Assembly: GCA_964016885.1 (NCBI GenBank)
Contig: OZ024744.1
Span: 42,160,001 to 42,224,000, forward strand
From: Eledone cirrhosa
Lineage: Eukaryota
Length of the DNA stretch: 64,000 bases
Direction of reading: 5' to 3'
In this document: one piece after another, positions 26,861 to 40,114 of the stretch
How positions within the stretch are numbered: the stretch's first letter is position 1
Layout: each line of letters begins with the position of its first letter
The notes under the pieces: model-generated
The model's input: the letters and a program-made list of their open reading frames with translations, nothing else
Told to the model about the DNA's origin: nothing
Databases searched by the model: none
Program-made: the position numbers and the translations under genes

Positions 26861-27044
26861 TTTATTTGTCATCCTTTACCCCAATACCATCTTTATATAT
26901 ATATTTCTATTTGCATTGTAACAGCTTTGTGAAGTTCATATCTTTTACTACACACACACACTCACATATATGTGTATGTGTATGTGCATGTGTGTATATA
27001 TGCATGTATGTATGTATGTGTGTGTGTGTGTGTGTGTGTACATA

Positions 27045-27377
27045 TGATGACTGCATCTCAATTTCAAGAATTACCAGCACCTGATCCCGCGTTCATACAT
27101 AGGTGGCATGAACATGACTCTTTAGCCCTGCCAAGGACTTATATTCTTTTTTGCATATGCTGCAATGATGAACATTACTTACCCTTTGGTTCCCTGTTTT
27201 GTTTTGGTGATCTTTCAAATGAGGTTGGGATCCATTGGCTGAGACATATTGTTTTCCATACTTCCAACAGGAAGAAATGCCAAAGAGACCATAATTGGCA
27301 ACATTTTGTTCATGGCTTTGATGATGACTTCTAAGACCAGCTTTGCTAAGGCAAATCCGGCCCCACGCATTGCACAT
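27045..27377 (-). mobile_element. RTE-type LINE 3' end with tandem C2H2-like fingers (decayed)
   Basis: CNAWGRICLSKAGLRSHHQSH and CSICKKEYKSLAGLKSHVHA; followed by a short tail ending CATCAT. Confidence 0.6.
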
Positions 27378-27759
27378 ATATATATATGCATATATACATA
27401 AATATGCATGTGTGTGTATACATATATATATGTATACATATCAGATAGAGTGTGGTAAAAACCAGCTAGACCATAACCCACCAGGGTACTCGATACTTGG
27501 GGTAGTAGATTGGGTAATATGAAAAGATTCAGGACCCGTATCAACATCTAGCTGTCAAAATGGCCGGAGCTCAGCCTTCGGGGCTCTGAATCTTTTCATA
27601 TGTATATATGTATATATATATATAGAGAGAGAGAGAGAAAAGTGAGAGATATTATAGATACATCGTAAAGATAGCTGTATGTTGTTGTATATTTATATAG
27701 TTGTGTGTATGTGACTTCGAAACTGTATTAAAATTCTATGTATCAGCCATTACGGTTCT

Positions 27760-29390
27760 CACTTCCCACCTCCACCACATTCAGTATACATGTCCGACGC
27801 TGTATGTTAACCAGTCCCTCGTGAATATATCATAGAACAGACAAGGGGAAGATGGAGGCTCCGTAAGCTGCAATGTAGGCAACTCGTCTAGGAGAGCTAC
27901 GACTTCGAATAAATTGGTGGGGGGTTGAGAAGTCCCCTAAGTCCAGTAAGACAACCTCTCTAGTGCTGGTGGCACGAATAAAAGCATCTAGTCCATGCTG
28001 TAAAGTGGTGCTGGTGTTAGGAAGGGCATCCAACCAGTATAATAGATGCCAAAATTATGAGCACAACAAATAAGAATTGCAACAATTGCGTCAACAGCAA
28101 TAACACTAACCTTGTTAGGGCTGCGCACGGTAGTGGGGTGGCTGGTGCGGGCATGTGTGAGAAGCCCCCTCCCCTCGACCGTCATCAAGCAATCGCACAA
28201 AAACAAATGCGTAAATAGCAATAACACTAACCATGTTAAGGCTGCGCACGGTAGTGGGGTGGCTACTGAGGCCATGTTTGAGAACCCCACGACCGTCATC
28301 AGGCAATCGCACAACAGGAAAAAGAACGAGATGTCGCATCTCAGAGTTGCCTCACTTAATGTTGGCACTCTAATAGGTAGATCTGGTGAGATAGCGGAGA
28401 TGCTGGAGAGAAGGCATGTGGATGTGTGCTGCGTGCAAGGGGTGAGATGGAGAGGTGCCTCTGCAAGACTAATCACAGGCAAACATCGTAGTTATAAGCT
28501 TTTCTGGGTGGGTAATGATGATGGGTTAGGTGGGGTGGGCATATTACTGGCTGAGAGATGGATCAATAAGACAATAGAGGTAGTTAGAGTTAGTAATAGA
28601 ATAATTAAGCTTAGATTAGTTGTAGGCAAGAGATTACTGACAATCATCTCTGCCTATGCTCCCCAGGCTGGCCTAGGTAAAGAAGAGAAAGACTGCTTTT
28701 ATGAGCAACTTTTACAAACAGCCTCAATGACAGAGGACAGAGACATCGTTATGCTAGCCGGGGACTTCAATGGACATGTTGGACAGCTCCAGGATGGATA
28801 CACTGGGGTACATGGAGGGCACGGCTACGGCTCAAGAAATGAAGAAGGAGTGAGGCTTCTTGAATTTTGTGATGCAAGAGCACTAACCATTTGCAACACT
28901 AACTTCCAGAAGCCTACCAACCACCTAATAACCTATGAATCAGGCGAGCATATAAGCCAGATTGACTTCCTGCTAGTCAAACAGCGAGACAGACAGATGG
29001 TGTCAAATACTAAGGCATACCCCGAGGAAGAATCTACCCCACAGCATATGTTAGTCGTTAGTGACATCTCAGTAAGGAAGAGAAAGAATGAGACATACAG
29101 GAATGTGTGGAAAAGAAAGGTCTGGAAGCTAAAAGACCTTTAATTAAAATATAAATTTAGCAAAACCCTTCAAGATGTGTATGACGAAAAAGAAGACGAT
29201 TTAGAATCGTATGACATAGATCATAAATTGAATTTCTTACGTGACAACTTGTTGCAGGCTACTGAAGAAACTTGTGGTTGGGGTAGAGCTTCAACCAGAC
29301 AGAGAGTGACCTGGTGGTGGAACAGCACAGTAGATAAGGCCATTAGAGACACAAGACTGGAAGGATACACAGCCGCTAAGAGAGAAGTAG
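27760..29390 (+). mobile_element. RTE LINE 5' part (leader + APE endonuclease), truncated by a Tx1-like element
   Basis: 343-aa ORF with SLNVGTL, GDFNGHVG, SQIDFLL; very similar to 47300-48440 (-). Confidence 0.93.
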
Positions 29391-32300
29391 ATCCTGGGAT
29401 GTATAATCGAGGAGGGAACAGACACTACCTCCTAGATATCAAAAAGATGGAGAGAGAAGACTGGTCCGGAATTGATTTGGAGATTCTTCCCCAAATGAAA
29501 CCAGAGGACAACAACATCCCGGATTTTTCCCGCCTGCAGGACAAGATAACAATCCAATTAATCACTGAGGGAAGAAGGCCGCACTGCTTCGTCTGCGGGG
29601 AAGCAACGTATTTGCAAGCCTTCTGCCCTCAGCTCAAAAATGCAGGGGGTCGCAAACCTCCTTTGTTGCCAACGCCAGTGTCAGCAGGGAAAGCTTCAGC
29701 ACCCCCACCAAAAACAACATGGGACCACCACCAGCACCGAAACCAACCCAAGGGGAAAACAAGGAAAGCTCTCCCACTCCCCCTAACCCTCCAATTATAC
29801 ACATAGACAAAACCGTAAATGCACACACAGACTCAGATACACTCATAACCACAGACCCTTTGTCTTCCATCAGTGAAGATGAAGGAAAACCCAAAAGTAC
29901 CAAAAAAACAAAAGAGAAAACTCACCAAAAAAAAAAAGCTCCCAAGAAACACAAAAGCACACACAACAAACCATACAGACACCACTAACTCAAACACTTC
30001 CCCAATAACATCAACACCACCTCCACAATCCCCGAAACGCAAACAACCCAAACAAACGCAAGAACAAATAAACACACAGATACCTGAAATTGCAGACACC
30101 ACACCTATAACAAACACATACATACCCGAAACAACACCATCAAAACCATCACCACCACGGTCACCAAAACGAAAACAAATAAATCCACACCAACAAAACG
30201 TTAAAAACTTCGTGCCCATCAGAAGGGCCAATGATAAATTGATGGCCCTCTTAGCACGAAGCGAGGACATTCAAACAGGAGCGGGGGGTCTTTGAATTGA
30301 GCACATTTTGTGTGCTAGAAAATTGTTTCTGTTGTGAATTTCGGTCGATTCCTCCAAAGAAATTCAAGAGAGCTTTCCTCAAAACGTGGGAACCCTGAAC
30401 CTGAAACTCACATCGAGACTTTTAAAGGAGTTACCAAAAGAAACCCCACCAACCATGGAGGCCGAACCACCCGACCTTCACAAGACCCCGGGAGGTAAGT
30501 AAACCTTCCCTCTCTCTTTTAGCTTGCTAACATGGCCATATTAAGAGTAGGAAGTTTAAATGTTCATGGCTTGGGGTCACCCTGGAAGCAGGTTCGCCTG
30601 CTCAACGACATCAGGTCTCTGGAAATGGATGTAATTGCCCTCAGCGAGACCAGGATTTCCGACACGCGCGCACTAGCCCCCATTTTCGACGACTATCAGA
30701 TCTTCACATCTGTTAGCAGGCCGGGAATGGAGGTGAGGTGGCAGTGCTGTTTAGGAAAGGCCTGGATCTCGAGGTAAGGTCGATCTTTCGAGACCCGGAC
30801 GCTAAATTGGTGGTCCTGGATGTAAAGCAATAGCGAAGGTGGTGCCTTTAGACTGCTGGCCGTCAACACCCCTCTTGGGGCCGGACAACCGGACTTCTTT
30901 AGACGCTTGGAAGCCTTTCTGGGTACGTCTCGATCTTTACTGATAGCGGTGGGGGGGGACTGGAACAGCATCTTAGACGCATGCTGGGATTGTGTCGGAG
31001 TAGCTGATAGGAGCAGGTGGTGCAAAAGCCTCAAGAACCTAATCGACCAGTTCCAACTGACTGATAGGTACTGACTAGATTTCCCCAATGCGCCAGTGTG
31101 GACGTGGCCAACTGCATAGGGTCATCTAGATCATATATAAACAGGATCTTCATTAGGAAAATAGATAGAAATAGTGTAGGCTGCCGACTTTTTAAAACGG
31201 TCGCCTATTCTGATCACAAATTTGTGATCTGTACGGTCGACCTAGATAAAACGCATAGGTTAGGACTTGGTTACTGGAAGCTGAACATGTCATTTCTTGC
31301 ACGTAAGGCTTACAGTGACTGGGTCAACAATTTAGTTAAGAAAAAGATGGTGGGGGGCTCTCAAAAGAGAGATTAGAGTAATTTTGATAGGGTTTAGCAA
31401 GGAAGTAATGTTAAAAAAAAATAGAAAGGAGGGGTAGCTGGTAGATAAGTTAGACGAGGCTATTTGTAGTGGCATTGCAACTGACGTGCTAGTGGCGAGA
31501 ATGGCATTAGACCATTTCTTCAATGCGAAACACGAAGGTTGCATTGTCAGAGTTAAGGCGCTGAGAAACGAGGGAACCAAAGCTGTTCGATGGCCTCGCA
31601 TGACAGAGGCGCAGTGTTATAATAAAACCACCATTCGGTCTTTGGCGGACCGAGAGGGACATAAGATAAGTGATTCCAAGTGGATGTGTGAGGCCTTCCG
31701 CCAGCACTTTGCGCAGCTGTTCTGAGGGAGTGGCGGGTCAGAGACAGTAGTGGACTTCAGTCCCTACCTCAATGGCTTGCCGCGCATCTCGATGGTCGAA
31801 GTTGAGCGCTGCAAAAGCCGATTACTTCCGCCGAAATTCAGGATGCACTTGCCGGCTGCATGAGGTGCAAGTAAGCCGCTTTGGTTGCCCTGCCATAAGA
31901 GCTTTACGTAAATATGCCATACTTGTTCTCCAATCTCCTCAAAGCACTCTACTGAAATTGGTAGCAGAACGGGAGTATTCCTATTTTTGTGAGCAGGGGA
32001 GTGGTGACGCTGATAAGGAAAGACAAGAACAAGAGGGATACACTAGACAACTTCAGGCCCATAACTCTGCTCAACACAGAGTTTAAGATTTTGGCCAAGG
32101 TGTTAGCAAAGAGATTTGCGCTTGTTGTCGAGGAGTTGGTTGGGAAGGCCGCAAACTTGCGCAATCCCAGCCAGATCCATACACGACAATCTCCACCTCA
32201 TGTGATACTTCATAAAGAGGGTAGGGTGTAAATCTGGCTTCGGTGGGGTACGGATCAATTTACATCAATCGAAAGCATTCGATAGGGTCGACTATCGGTA

Positions 32301-33195
32301 TCTGGCGGCTGTCCTCAAAGCAGCTGGCTTCGGCCGTCTTCAGAAGCTGGATCGCTGCAATGCATAGCGGCACACGCTCGGTGGTCAAGGTTAATAGCCA
32401 CCTCTCGGAACCATTTCAGCTCTCCCGATCGGTCCGTCAAGGGTGCCCACTCTCTTCCCTTCTGTACGTATTGACTCTTGAGCCTTTACTGCGGAAGCTG
32501 GAGCTGTTGCAGGGCATCCCTTTAGAACCTGGGCGTGGAAAGGCTGTGTCGGCTTATGCAGACGACATCACCGTGATGGTGTCGGACACATCGGAAACCG
32601 TTCTGCACGCACTCGTCCAGTGTCCATGCATTACTGACTTGTGGAGTTATGTCAAACAACTACTGTCGCGTGTGGAATGGATCCGGCTATCGGCCGAGTC
32701 CATAGTGAAGATCGACCCGCCGCCTTCCTTAGGCCAGGAAGAGCAGGCAATTTTCCTGTCTGGTGGCAGTTGTGAAAGAGGTTATATGGTGGACCAGATT
32801 GAAAGGACTGAAGGCAGACACTTTTCTCTTCGGCCAATCCCTCATCAGCTTCTTCAAGCTTCACCTGGAAAGGAAGGTGAGGGTGGAGAGAGAAGTGCTG
32901 CTCCCAGTACATTTGCTAAAAGGTGGATGAATGTGGCGAGAATGGCCTGTCTGAATGGGTCTACTCTGACCATGCGCCTATAGGCTAGCTAATTTAAGGA
33001 AAAGAGGGGTGCTCTCCCCGGGGGCCCAGGAAGCGCAGGGTGGTTCAGTATTGGTGGGGTACCTGAGTCACCCCTGAGTGGTCCACCTCCTTATAGGGGA
33101 ATTTATTTTGTCATATTTATGAATAGTTTATTTTATATTTGGCAATTACATGTTGGCAATAGTGGACAATAAATGAAATCATTATTATTATTATT
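29391..33195 (+). mobile_element. Tx1-like LINE: ORF1 (zinc knuckle), ORF2 APE-RT with frameshifts and an internal deletion near 32590, (ATT)n tail
   Basis: HCFVCGEATYLQAFCP; MAILRVGSLNVHGL; NFRPITLLNTEFKILAKVL; RQGCPLS; AYADD; ETVLHALVQC. Confidence 0.9.
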
Positions 33196-33574
33196 ACATT
33201 GCCATTCTGAGTTCAAATCCCGCCGAGCTTAACTTTGCCAACAAGGCCAACAATTACCCAGAGTACCAGTAATACACTGAGTAATTGTTGGCCTTGTGCC
33301 AAAAGTAGAAACAATTATTAATATTATTATATTACTTTTTTTTTTCCAATTCAATGATGTTCCAAAGCAATATAGAAGAGATAATTGGCATTAAGGGCAG
33401 GGGCCTCAGGGTATCACAGCCTAAGCCCGCTCGTCATCGTGCCACTGTAATAGAGCCAAACAAGGCATTTAATATAGTTTCTACGTTAGGCACAAGGCCA
33501 GCAATTACCCAGTGTATTACTGGTACTTTATTTTATCGACCCCGTAAGGATGAAAGGCAAAGTTAAGGTATTTA

Positions 33575-36085
33575 ATATTGGCTGCTAGAACGTACGGACG
33601 CTACTTGACAGGGATTCCTCTGAACGTCCTGAACGAAGGAACGCTCTTGTTGCAAAGGAGCTTCGACATTACGATCTTGACATCGTAGCTTTATCTGAGA
33701 TGCGGTTAGGTGGAGATGGCCGTCTTACAGAATTTTGTGGAGAATATACATTCTTCTGGAAAGGAAGAGAGGCTGGGGTAGCATTTACTGTTAAAACAGC
33801 TCTTGTGGATAAATGAGAAGAATTTCCAGTGGGGATTAGTGAGCGTCTTATGTCCATGAGAATTCCGCTGGACAAAGGAAGATATGCAGCCCTGGTGAGT
33901 GTGTATGTTCCAGCTATCAATTCTGTTGATGAAGAAAAAGTGTCTTTCTACCATACTTTGAAAGGTGTTTTAAGAAATATCTCTCAGGCAGACAAGGTCA
34001 TCGTTCTTGGTGACTTTAACGCTAGAGTGAATAGGGATTTTAACACATGGAATGTAATCGGAAGGCATGGGGTGGGAAAGTGTAACAACAATGGTATGCT
34101 CCTGCTGCAGATGTGTGAGGAGCTGGATCTGTGTGTTTCACCATGTTCCAGCAAAAGAACAAATTTAAGACCACATGGATGCATTCTGCATCTAAGGAAT
34201 GGTATCTTTTAGACTATGTCCTTGTCAGGGTGTGTGACAGACAGGATGTGCAGTGTGTTCGTGTTCTTCGTGGGGCTGAGTGCTGGACAGACCACCGCCT
34301 GGTACGTGCAAAAGTGAAACTAATCACTAAATGTAAAATCTGGGCTCCTGGTGTTACCCTGCCTAGGAGACTGAATGCTGCTCATCTTAGAGATAATAAT
34401 ATGAAGAGGACATTGCAAGAAGAGATGCATGTTGCAGATTTGGTGAGGATTGGCTGACTCTTAAAAAGTTAGTTCATGATGTAGGCAGGTATGTTCTGGA
34501 ATTGGTGCAGAGAGAGCATCAAGACTGGTTTAATGAAAATGATGAACATAGATGACTTGTTGGCTGATAAGAGGCGTGCTCTGTCACACTACCTGGCAGC
34601 AAAACCACAGGAGAAGAATACATTGCATAAGGAGCTCAAGGATGTGAAATCACGTGTGAGGCGGAGTCTTTCTCAGATGAAGAATAAGTGGTGGAATGAG
34701 AAGCCTGATGAGATACAAGCTGCATCAGATTCCAATAACACAAAGCTGTTGTACAGCGTGAAGTTTATGGACTGTCTTCTGTGGTGACACCGCTTCGCAG
34801 CAATGATGGCAAGGAACTTCTTCATGACTCACAAGGAATTCTACGAAGGTGTCGAGAGCAATTTGATGAACTTTTGAATCAGCTGTCTGTCATCAATGAA
34901 GTTTCCTCAATCTCATTCCTAAAATACATGTGAAAGTATCTCTCAGAGAACCACCGACACTTGTGGAGGTTGTAGAGGCTATTTGAAAGCTGAACAGTGG
35001 AAGATCTCCAGGTATGGATATCATACTTGCAGAGCTCCTACAATATGGTGGTGAGAAACTCCTGCAACATCTTCACTCTTTGTTTGGCAGGATATGGGCT
35101 AGTGAATCCGTACCTGAGGACTGTAGAGATGTAGTAATGGTGGTCTTGTACAAGGGAAAGGGTAACAAGAATGATTGTGGAAACTACAGAGCTTTCTGTT
35201 GTGGGAAACATTTTATGTAGGGTGCTTCTGGACCGTCTGCTGACACACATTGCAGACTGTGTTCTTCTTGAAAGTCAATCTGGTTTTCCTGCTGGATGCG
35301 GCACTACTGATATGATCTTCTCAGCTAGACAGCTCCAGGAGAAGTGCATGGAACATGGTTTGGATCTGTATCATGTTTTTGTCGATCTGACAAAAGCTTT
35401 TGATACTGTTTTAGCAGTAGTTTATAATAATAGATATCACCAAGCTTCACGTCGAGTCACTATTTTTGCAGAAAGGATATAATAATGATGGGAATATCAA
35501 CACAGATAATTATGCTGAATGTATGTTTATTTGTTGTTGTGAGAAAGATAAAAAGATAATCACAAAGTAAATGTTTGATGAATTGGATAGCTAAAGTTAA
35601 CAATATAACGTTTATAAAAGGAATGTGGCATTGTGCCAGGCCCAAGGAAGGCCGACAGGCAAAAGTGCAAATCTCACCATTACATTATCGCATGTTTATT
35701 TCTCAGAGTCCCAAGCAGCAAGAGAAGGATTCTTGAATCACCGCAGGAATTTTTCCCTCAGGGCGTGTCGAGATAAATTCTCCTACGCTGGCGGCGATTG
35801 GCTGAACTGAGCCAAACAACGCACGGAAAATGTATTCATGAGCCCTCGGAATGTAGGTCACTACCTTGTTAACAGAAATGCATTGTGGAACTTAGTTGCC
35901 CTGATAAGTTCCTTGCTTTGGTTAGGTATTTCCATGATGACATCAAGGCTTGGGTTAATGTCAGGGGTAACAGGTCGGAGCCTATCTCAGTAAAAAATGG
36001 AGTGAAACAGGAAGATTTTCCAGCACCGACCCTGTTTGCCACATACTTTGCAATGGTTTTCTATATTGCAAAGCTGGAGAATCAG
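33575..36085 (+). mobile_element. Decayed RTE (BovB-like) LINE interrupted at ~35410-35868
   Basis: NVRTLLDR..ERPERRNALVAKEL; LGDFNARV; FVDLTKAFDTV | NRNALW; GVKQEDFPAPTLF. Confidence 0.88.
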
Positions 36086-37584
36086 TCGACTACTACATAT
36101 AGTTTCTCATTCCTTACTTCAAGCTAACATATGGAAAAATTTGTATTCTTCAGAGAAACAGTATTTGTCACTTCCTTATGACAATGCCATGGTCTAATGT
36201 GGGTGATTGGCAAAAGACTATGGGTATTTAACAAGAGTCTCATTCTGAATTTTGGACAGGTATTTTTTAATGTGTTCCTTTCTATGTCTGCACTATGATA
36301 CTACCACTTCTGTTTTGTTGGGCATCTTGAGAGATAGTTTGAGAGCGTTGTACTTCTCGGCCAGGCATTTTGCCATTCAGTTAACAGATGTTGTCAGTCT
36401 TGTTCATCAAGAAACTTCTGCTTTACTGGGGTAGAAAGGTGTAATTTATTTGTTTTCATTTATCAAGGAATAAATATGTTGTGTGTGTTGTGTGTGTAAA
36501 CATATTTTCTGTAAGTGCAATATTTAACTTTAACATATTTTCTGCAAAGTTCTATGATAAATTCAGATGATACATTGATTATATATGCTATATATGTATG
36601 TTTGTGTATGTAAGTATGTTTGTATATGAATGTATGCATTATGTTTCTGCATGCATGCAATGCATGATTGAATGGTTGAGAAGTTCACTTCACAATCATG
36701 TAGTCAGATGATTAACCCAAGCCTTGTGATTAAAATTGAGAAGATAGAAACTATGTGGAAGCCCATTGGAAGGAATGTACATGAAATTCAAATGACCATA
36801 TATTTTGTTTCACACTTATTTGATTGGAAGATTGTGTTAAAGGCACTCATTAATTTAACAAGTAGATAGATTTTACTCTCTAGTCAGGAAAAGAAGGAGA
36901 ATACTGATGACGTTTTTTAGGGTCTCTGGAGCCAATAGAAAGAAAGATGGTAAGTATTGCTAAACAAGAGACCTAACTTGAATGCTTACAACAGAGGGAA
37001 CTCTGCTAAAGCGTGTAAGTGGCATGTGAAATAATACTACCACTCACGTTGACCACAATGTGGTGGTGGTGGTGGTAGTAGTGGTGCTGGTACTGGTGGC
37101 AGTAGCCGTAGTGGTGGTGGTGGTGGTGGTATGAGATATGAACTTAGAACATGAAGAGTCAGAACAAATATTTTTGGATGGGGAGCGGGTGAGACAGTGG
37201 AACAATAATATGGATGGACGGTGGGTAGGAAAGTTGGACAATAGAGATGCATGTGTTGTTGGGTGTTTGTATAGTTATAAATCACAGAAGCAAAGAATAA
37301 ATAATTGATTCTGCATTACTTAACTAATACCAGGAACCACAAAGACTTCTCGTGGTTAATGAAATGTGAAAACAAAAATGTGTTTATTTTCTATATCATA
37401 TTTCATTGTTTCTAACACATAATTTTTATTTCTGTATCTTTCTTTCCCAGCCTCCTCTCTCTCTCTCTCACTTTATTATTTTGTATCCCTCTCTTTATAT
37501 CTCTCTCTCTCCTCTCTCTACTCCTCTTTGTCTCCCTCTCTTTCTCTTCTTTTTACATTCTCTTTTGCTCTTTCCCTCTTTCTA

Positions 37585-38145
37585 CGTGTGTATGTGTGCG
37601 TGCATGTGTGTGCATGTGTGTACACGTGTGTGTAAATGTGTTTGTGTGCCTATGTGCATGTGTGTGTACACGTGTGTATGCATATGTGTGTGTACATGTG
37701 TGTGTGTACGTGTGTTTATATGTGTGTATGTGTTTGTGTGGGTGCTTATGTATGTGTGTGTGCATACATATGTGTGTTTGTGTGTGTGTGTGTACATCTG
37801 TGTATGTATCTATGTGTTTCTGCATGTATGCATATGTGTATGTGTTTGTGTGTGTGTGTTGTATGTGTGTGTGCATGTGTGTACGTGTGATGGGTGTGTG
37901 TATGTATGCTTGCGTGCATATGTGTAATGTGTATTTGTGTGGGTGCATATGTGTGTTTGTGTGTGTGTGTGTACATGTGATGGGTGTGTGTATGTATGTG
38001 TGTGTGCATGTATGCATATGTGTGTGTATTTGTGTAGTGTATTTGTGTTTGTGCATATGTGTGTTTTGTGTGTGTATGCATGTGATGAATGTGTCTTTGT
38101 ATGTGTTTGTGCATGGGTCCATGTGTGCATATATGTGTGTGTTTC
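37585..38145. repeat. Complex (GT/AT/GC)n low-complexity tract
   Basis: Directly visible; source of the CV/HT-rich spurious ORFs. Confidence 0.95.
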
Positions 38146-38401
38146 TCTCACTGGAGACAATGCTTTATTTAAGACATCGAAGGCAAATTTCCTGAAGACA
38201 CAACTCATATAAATGAAAAATAACAAGATTAAAAATAAAAATTAAAAAAATTATAACAGTTAAACAAAACAAAACAAAATAAAATATAATAAAACAAAAT
38301 AAAACAAAACAAAACAAAATAAAACAAAATAAATAAAATAAAACAAAATGAAATAAAATAAAATGAAACAAAATAAAACAAAATAAAATAAAATAAAATA
38401 A

Positions 38402-39062
38402 AATGTCGCTGCGGTTCCACTGTGGACTCTTTCGGCCTCCACCAGCTTTCCTGTCACCACAGTGCCGGCCGCATTATACTGCCCTCAACGAGGTCATTAA
38501 GCATGGCTTGGACGCTGCAGGCTTCCCTTCCTAGCTCGAGCCGGTGGGGCTGGATCGAGGGGGCGGCAAAAGGCCAGATGGCATGACCATCTTCCCGTTC
38601 CGCGGTGGCAAACCCCTTGTCTGGGATGCCACTTGCACCGACACTTTCTGCAGCCGCAACCTGGTGCAGTCTGCAACTGACCCAGGTTCTGGTGCACGTC
38701 AGGCTGAGGGGGCCAAACTCCTCAAATACCGGTCGCTCTCCAACAGGTTTGCGGTCGTTCCCCTGGCAGTGGAAACTTCTGGTGTCCTCGGCCCCAGGGC
38801 TACCTCCTTACTCACCACCATAGGCGCTGAGCTGGCCAGCCGTAGGTGTGAGCCCCGCGAGTTGGAGTGGCTTTTCCAGCGCGTCTCCCTTGCCGTCCTC
38901 CGGGGAAACGCCTTCTCCATTCTGTCTGCCGTGGCTGTGGATGGGCCCCATCGCGTACCAATACGTTAGTTAAATACCATTCTTTCATCCCAGTAGATTT
39001 AAATAAACATGTTTGTGGTTCTATTTTATTTAGCTTCCACTCAAAAAAAAAAAAAAAAAAAT
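38402..39062 (+). mobile_element. 5'-truncated CRE-like non-LTR retrotransposon (zinc finger + restriction-like endonuclease) with poly(A)
   Basis: CRCGSTVDSFGLHQLSC; KRPDGMTIFPFRGGKPLVWDATC; PLAVETSG; QRVSLAVLRGNA; poly(A) at ~39043; flanked by (AAAAT/AAAAC)n. Confidence 0.8.
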
Positions 39063-39086
39063 CAAAATAGAATAAAAAATAAAAAA

Positions 39087-39129
<43 letters not shown>

Positions 39130-39688
39130 AAATAAAACAAAATAAAATAAAACAAAATAAAACAAAATAAAATAGAATATGATAAAATTGCAATCCAACC
39201 CAATAGAATCTATCAGAACGAATTAAAGAAAATTTCCATTCCCCAAATAATAATTTTGTTTTCTTTGCTTTTCCTTATCTTCTTTCTTCTTCTTCTTTTA
39301 TTTATTTATTTATTTATTTATTTTCATTTGATTTATTTGTAAATTTATGTTAACGTAAAAGTTGCACGTTTTGCGAAAATTTATTCTGAGGAGAATATCA
39401 CCATATTTTAACAGATGGATATATATATTTTTTTTCATTTGTTTTTGGTTTTTATTTTGTTTTGTTTTGTTTTTGCTTGTTTTTTTCCCGTTTGTTTGTT
39501 TGTTTGTTTTTGTACCTCTTATATTTATTATTAAATTTTATTACTATCCTTTTCTAGTAATTCTACCTTCGATGCTTTCTGAATTACTTTATCTCCCTCT
39601 CTCTTTCTTTCTTTCTCATCCACTCTCACTCTCTCTCTTTCTTTCTTTCTCATCCACTCTCACTCTCTCTCTCTTTCTTTCTTTCTCA

Positions 39689-39743
<55 letters not shown>

Positions 39744-39934
39744 TTTCTTCTATTTCTTCTATATTTTCTATTCTCCTATTGTATAACAAGACTCATTCTA
39801 AGAACATGCTTCAGAGTTTGTTGTTCGTGTCAAACATTATTAGATTGGTTTTGAGTTCTTTCAGCTCATTAATGTTTCGCCATGTCTAGCATACCACAAA
39901 TAATAACAACTGTTGTTGTTATTATTATCATTAT

Positions 39935-40112
39935 TACAGGTCATTGTCATTAACATTAAGTCATGCCATTATATTTTTTATATGTTCATTGTTAAATTAG
40001 TCTTGCCATTGTGCACTTATTGTAAACCCCCACTGTCCATGTCTTTGTATTGTCCCCTATGTGTTGGCCCCTGTGGCCAATAAATGAAATCATTATTATC
40101 ATTATTATTATC
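39935..40112 (+). mobile_element. Tx1-like 3' UTR fragment within (ATT)n
   Basis: Ends CAATAAATGAAATC(ATT)n like 33168-33195; resembles the minus-strand tail at 60830-60900. Confidence 0.6.
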
Positions 40113-40114
40113 AT

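Noticed and set aside
27780-27915. HDV-like ribozyme in the RTE 5' leader (TCCCTCGT resembles L3)
   Set aside because: I could not assemble consistent P1/P2/P3 pairings by eye
36884-36955. Possible host micro-exon ending ATG|GTAAGT
   Set aside because: Strong donor but ambiguous acceptor, no recognisable peptide and no partner exons; needs RNA-seq
37406-38460. Long CV/HT/FY-rich ORFs (also the YI, ER, SL and N/T-rich ORFs elsewhere)
   Set aside because: Translations of microsatellites that lack stop codons
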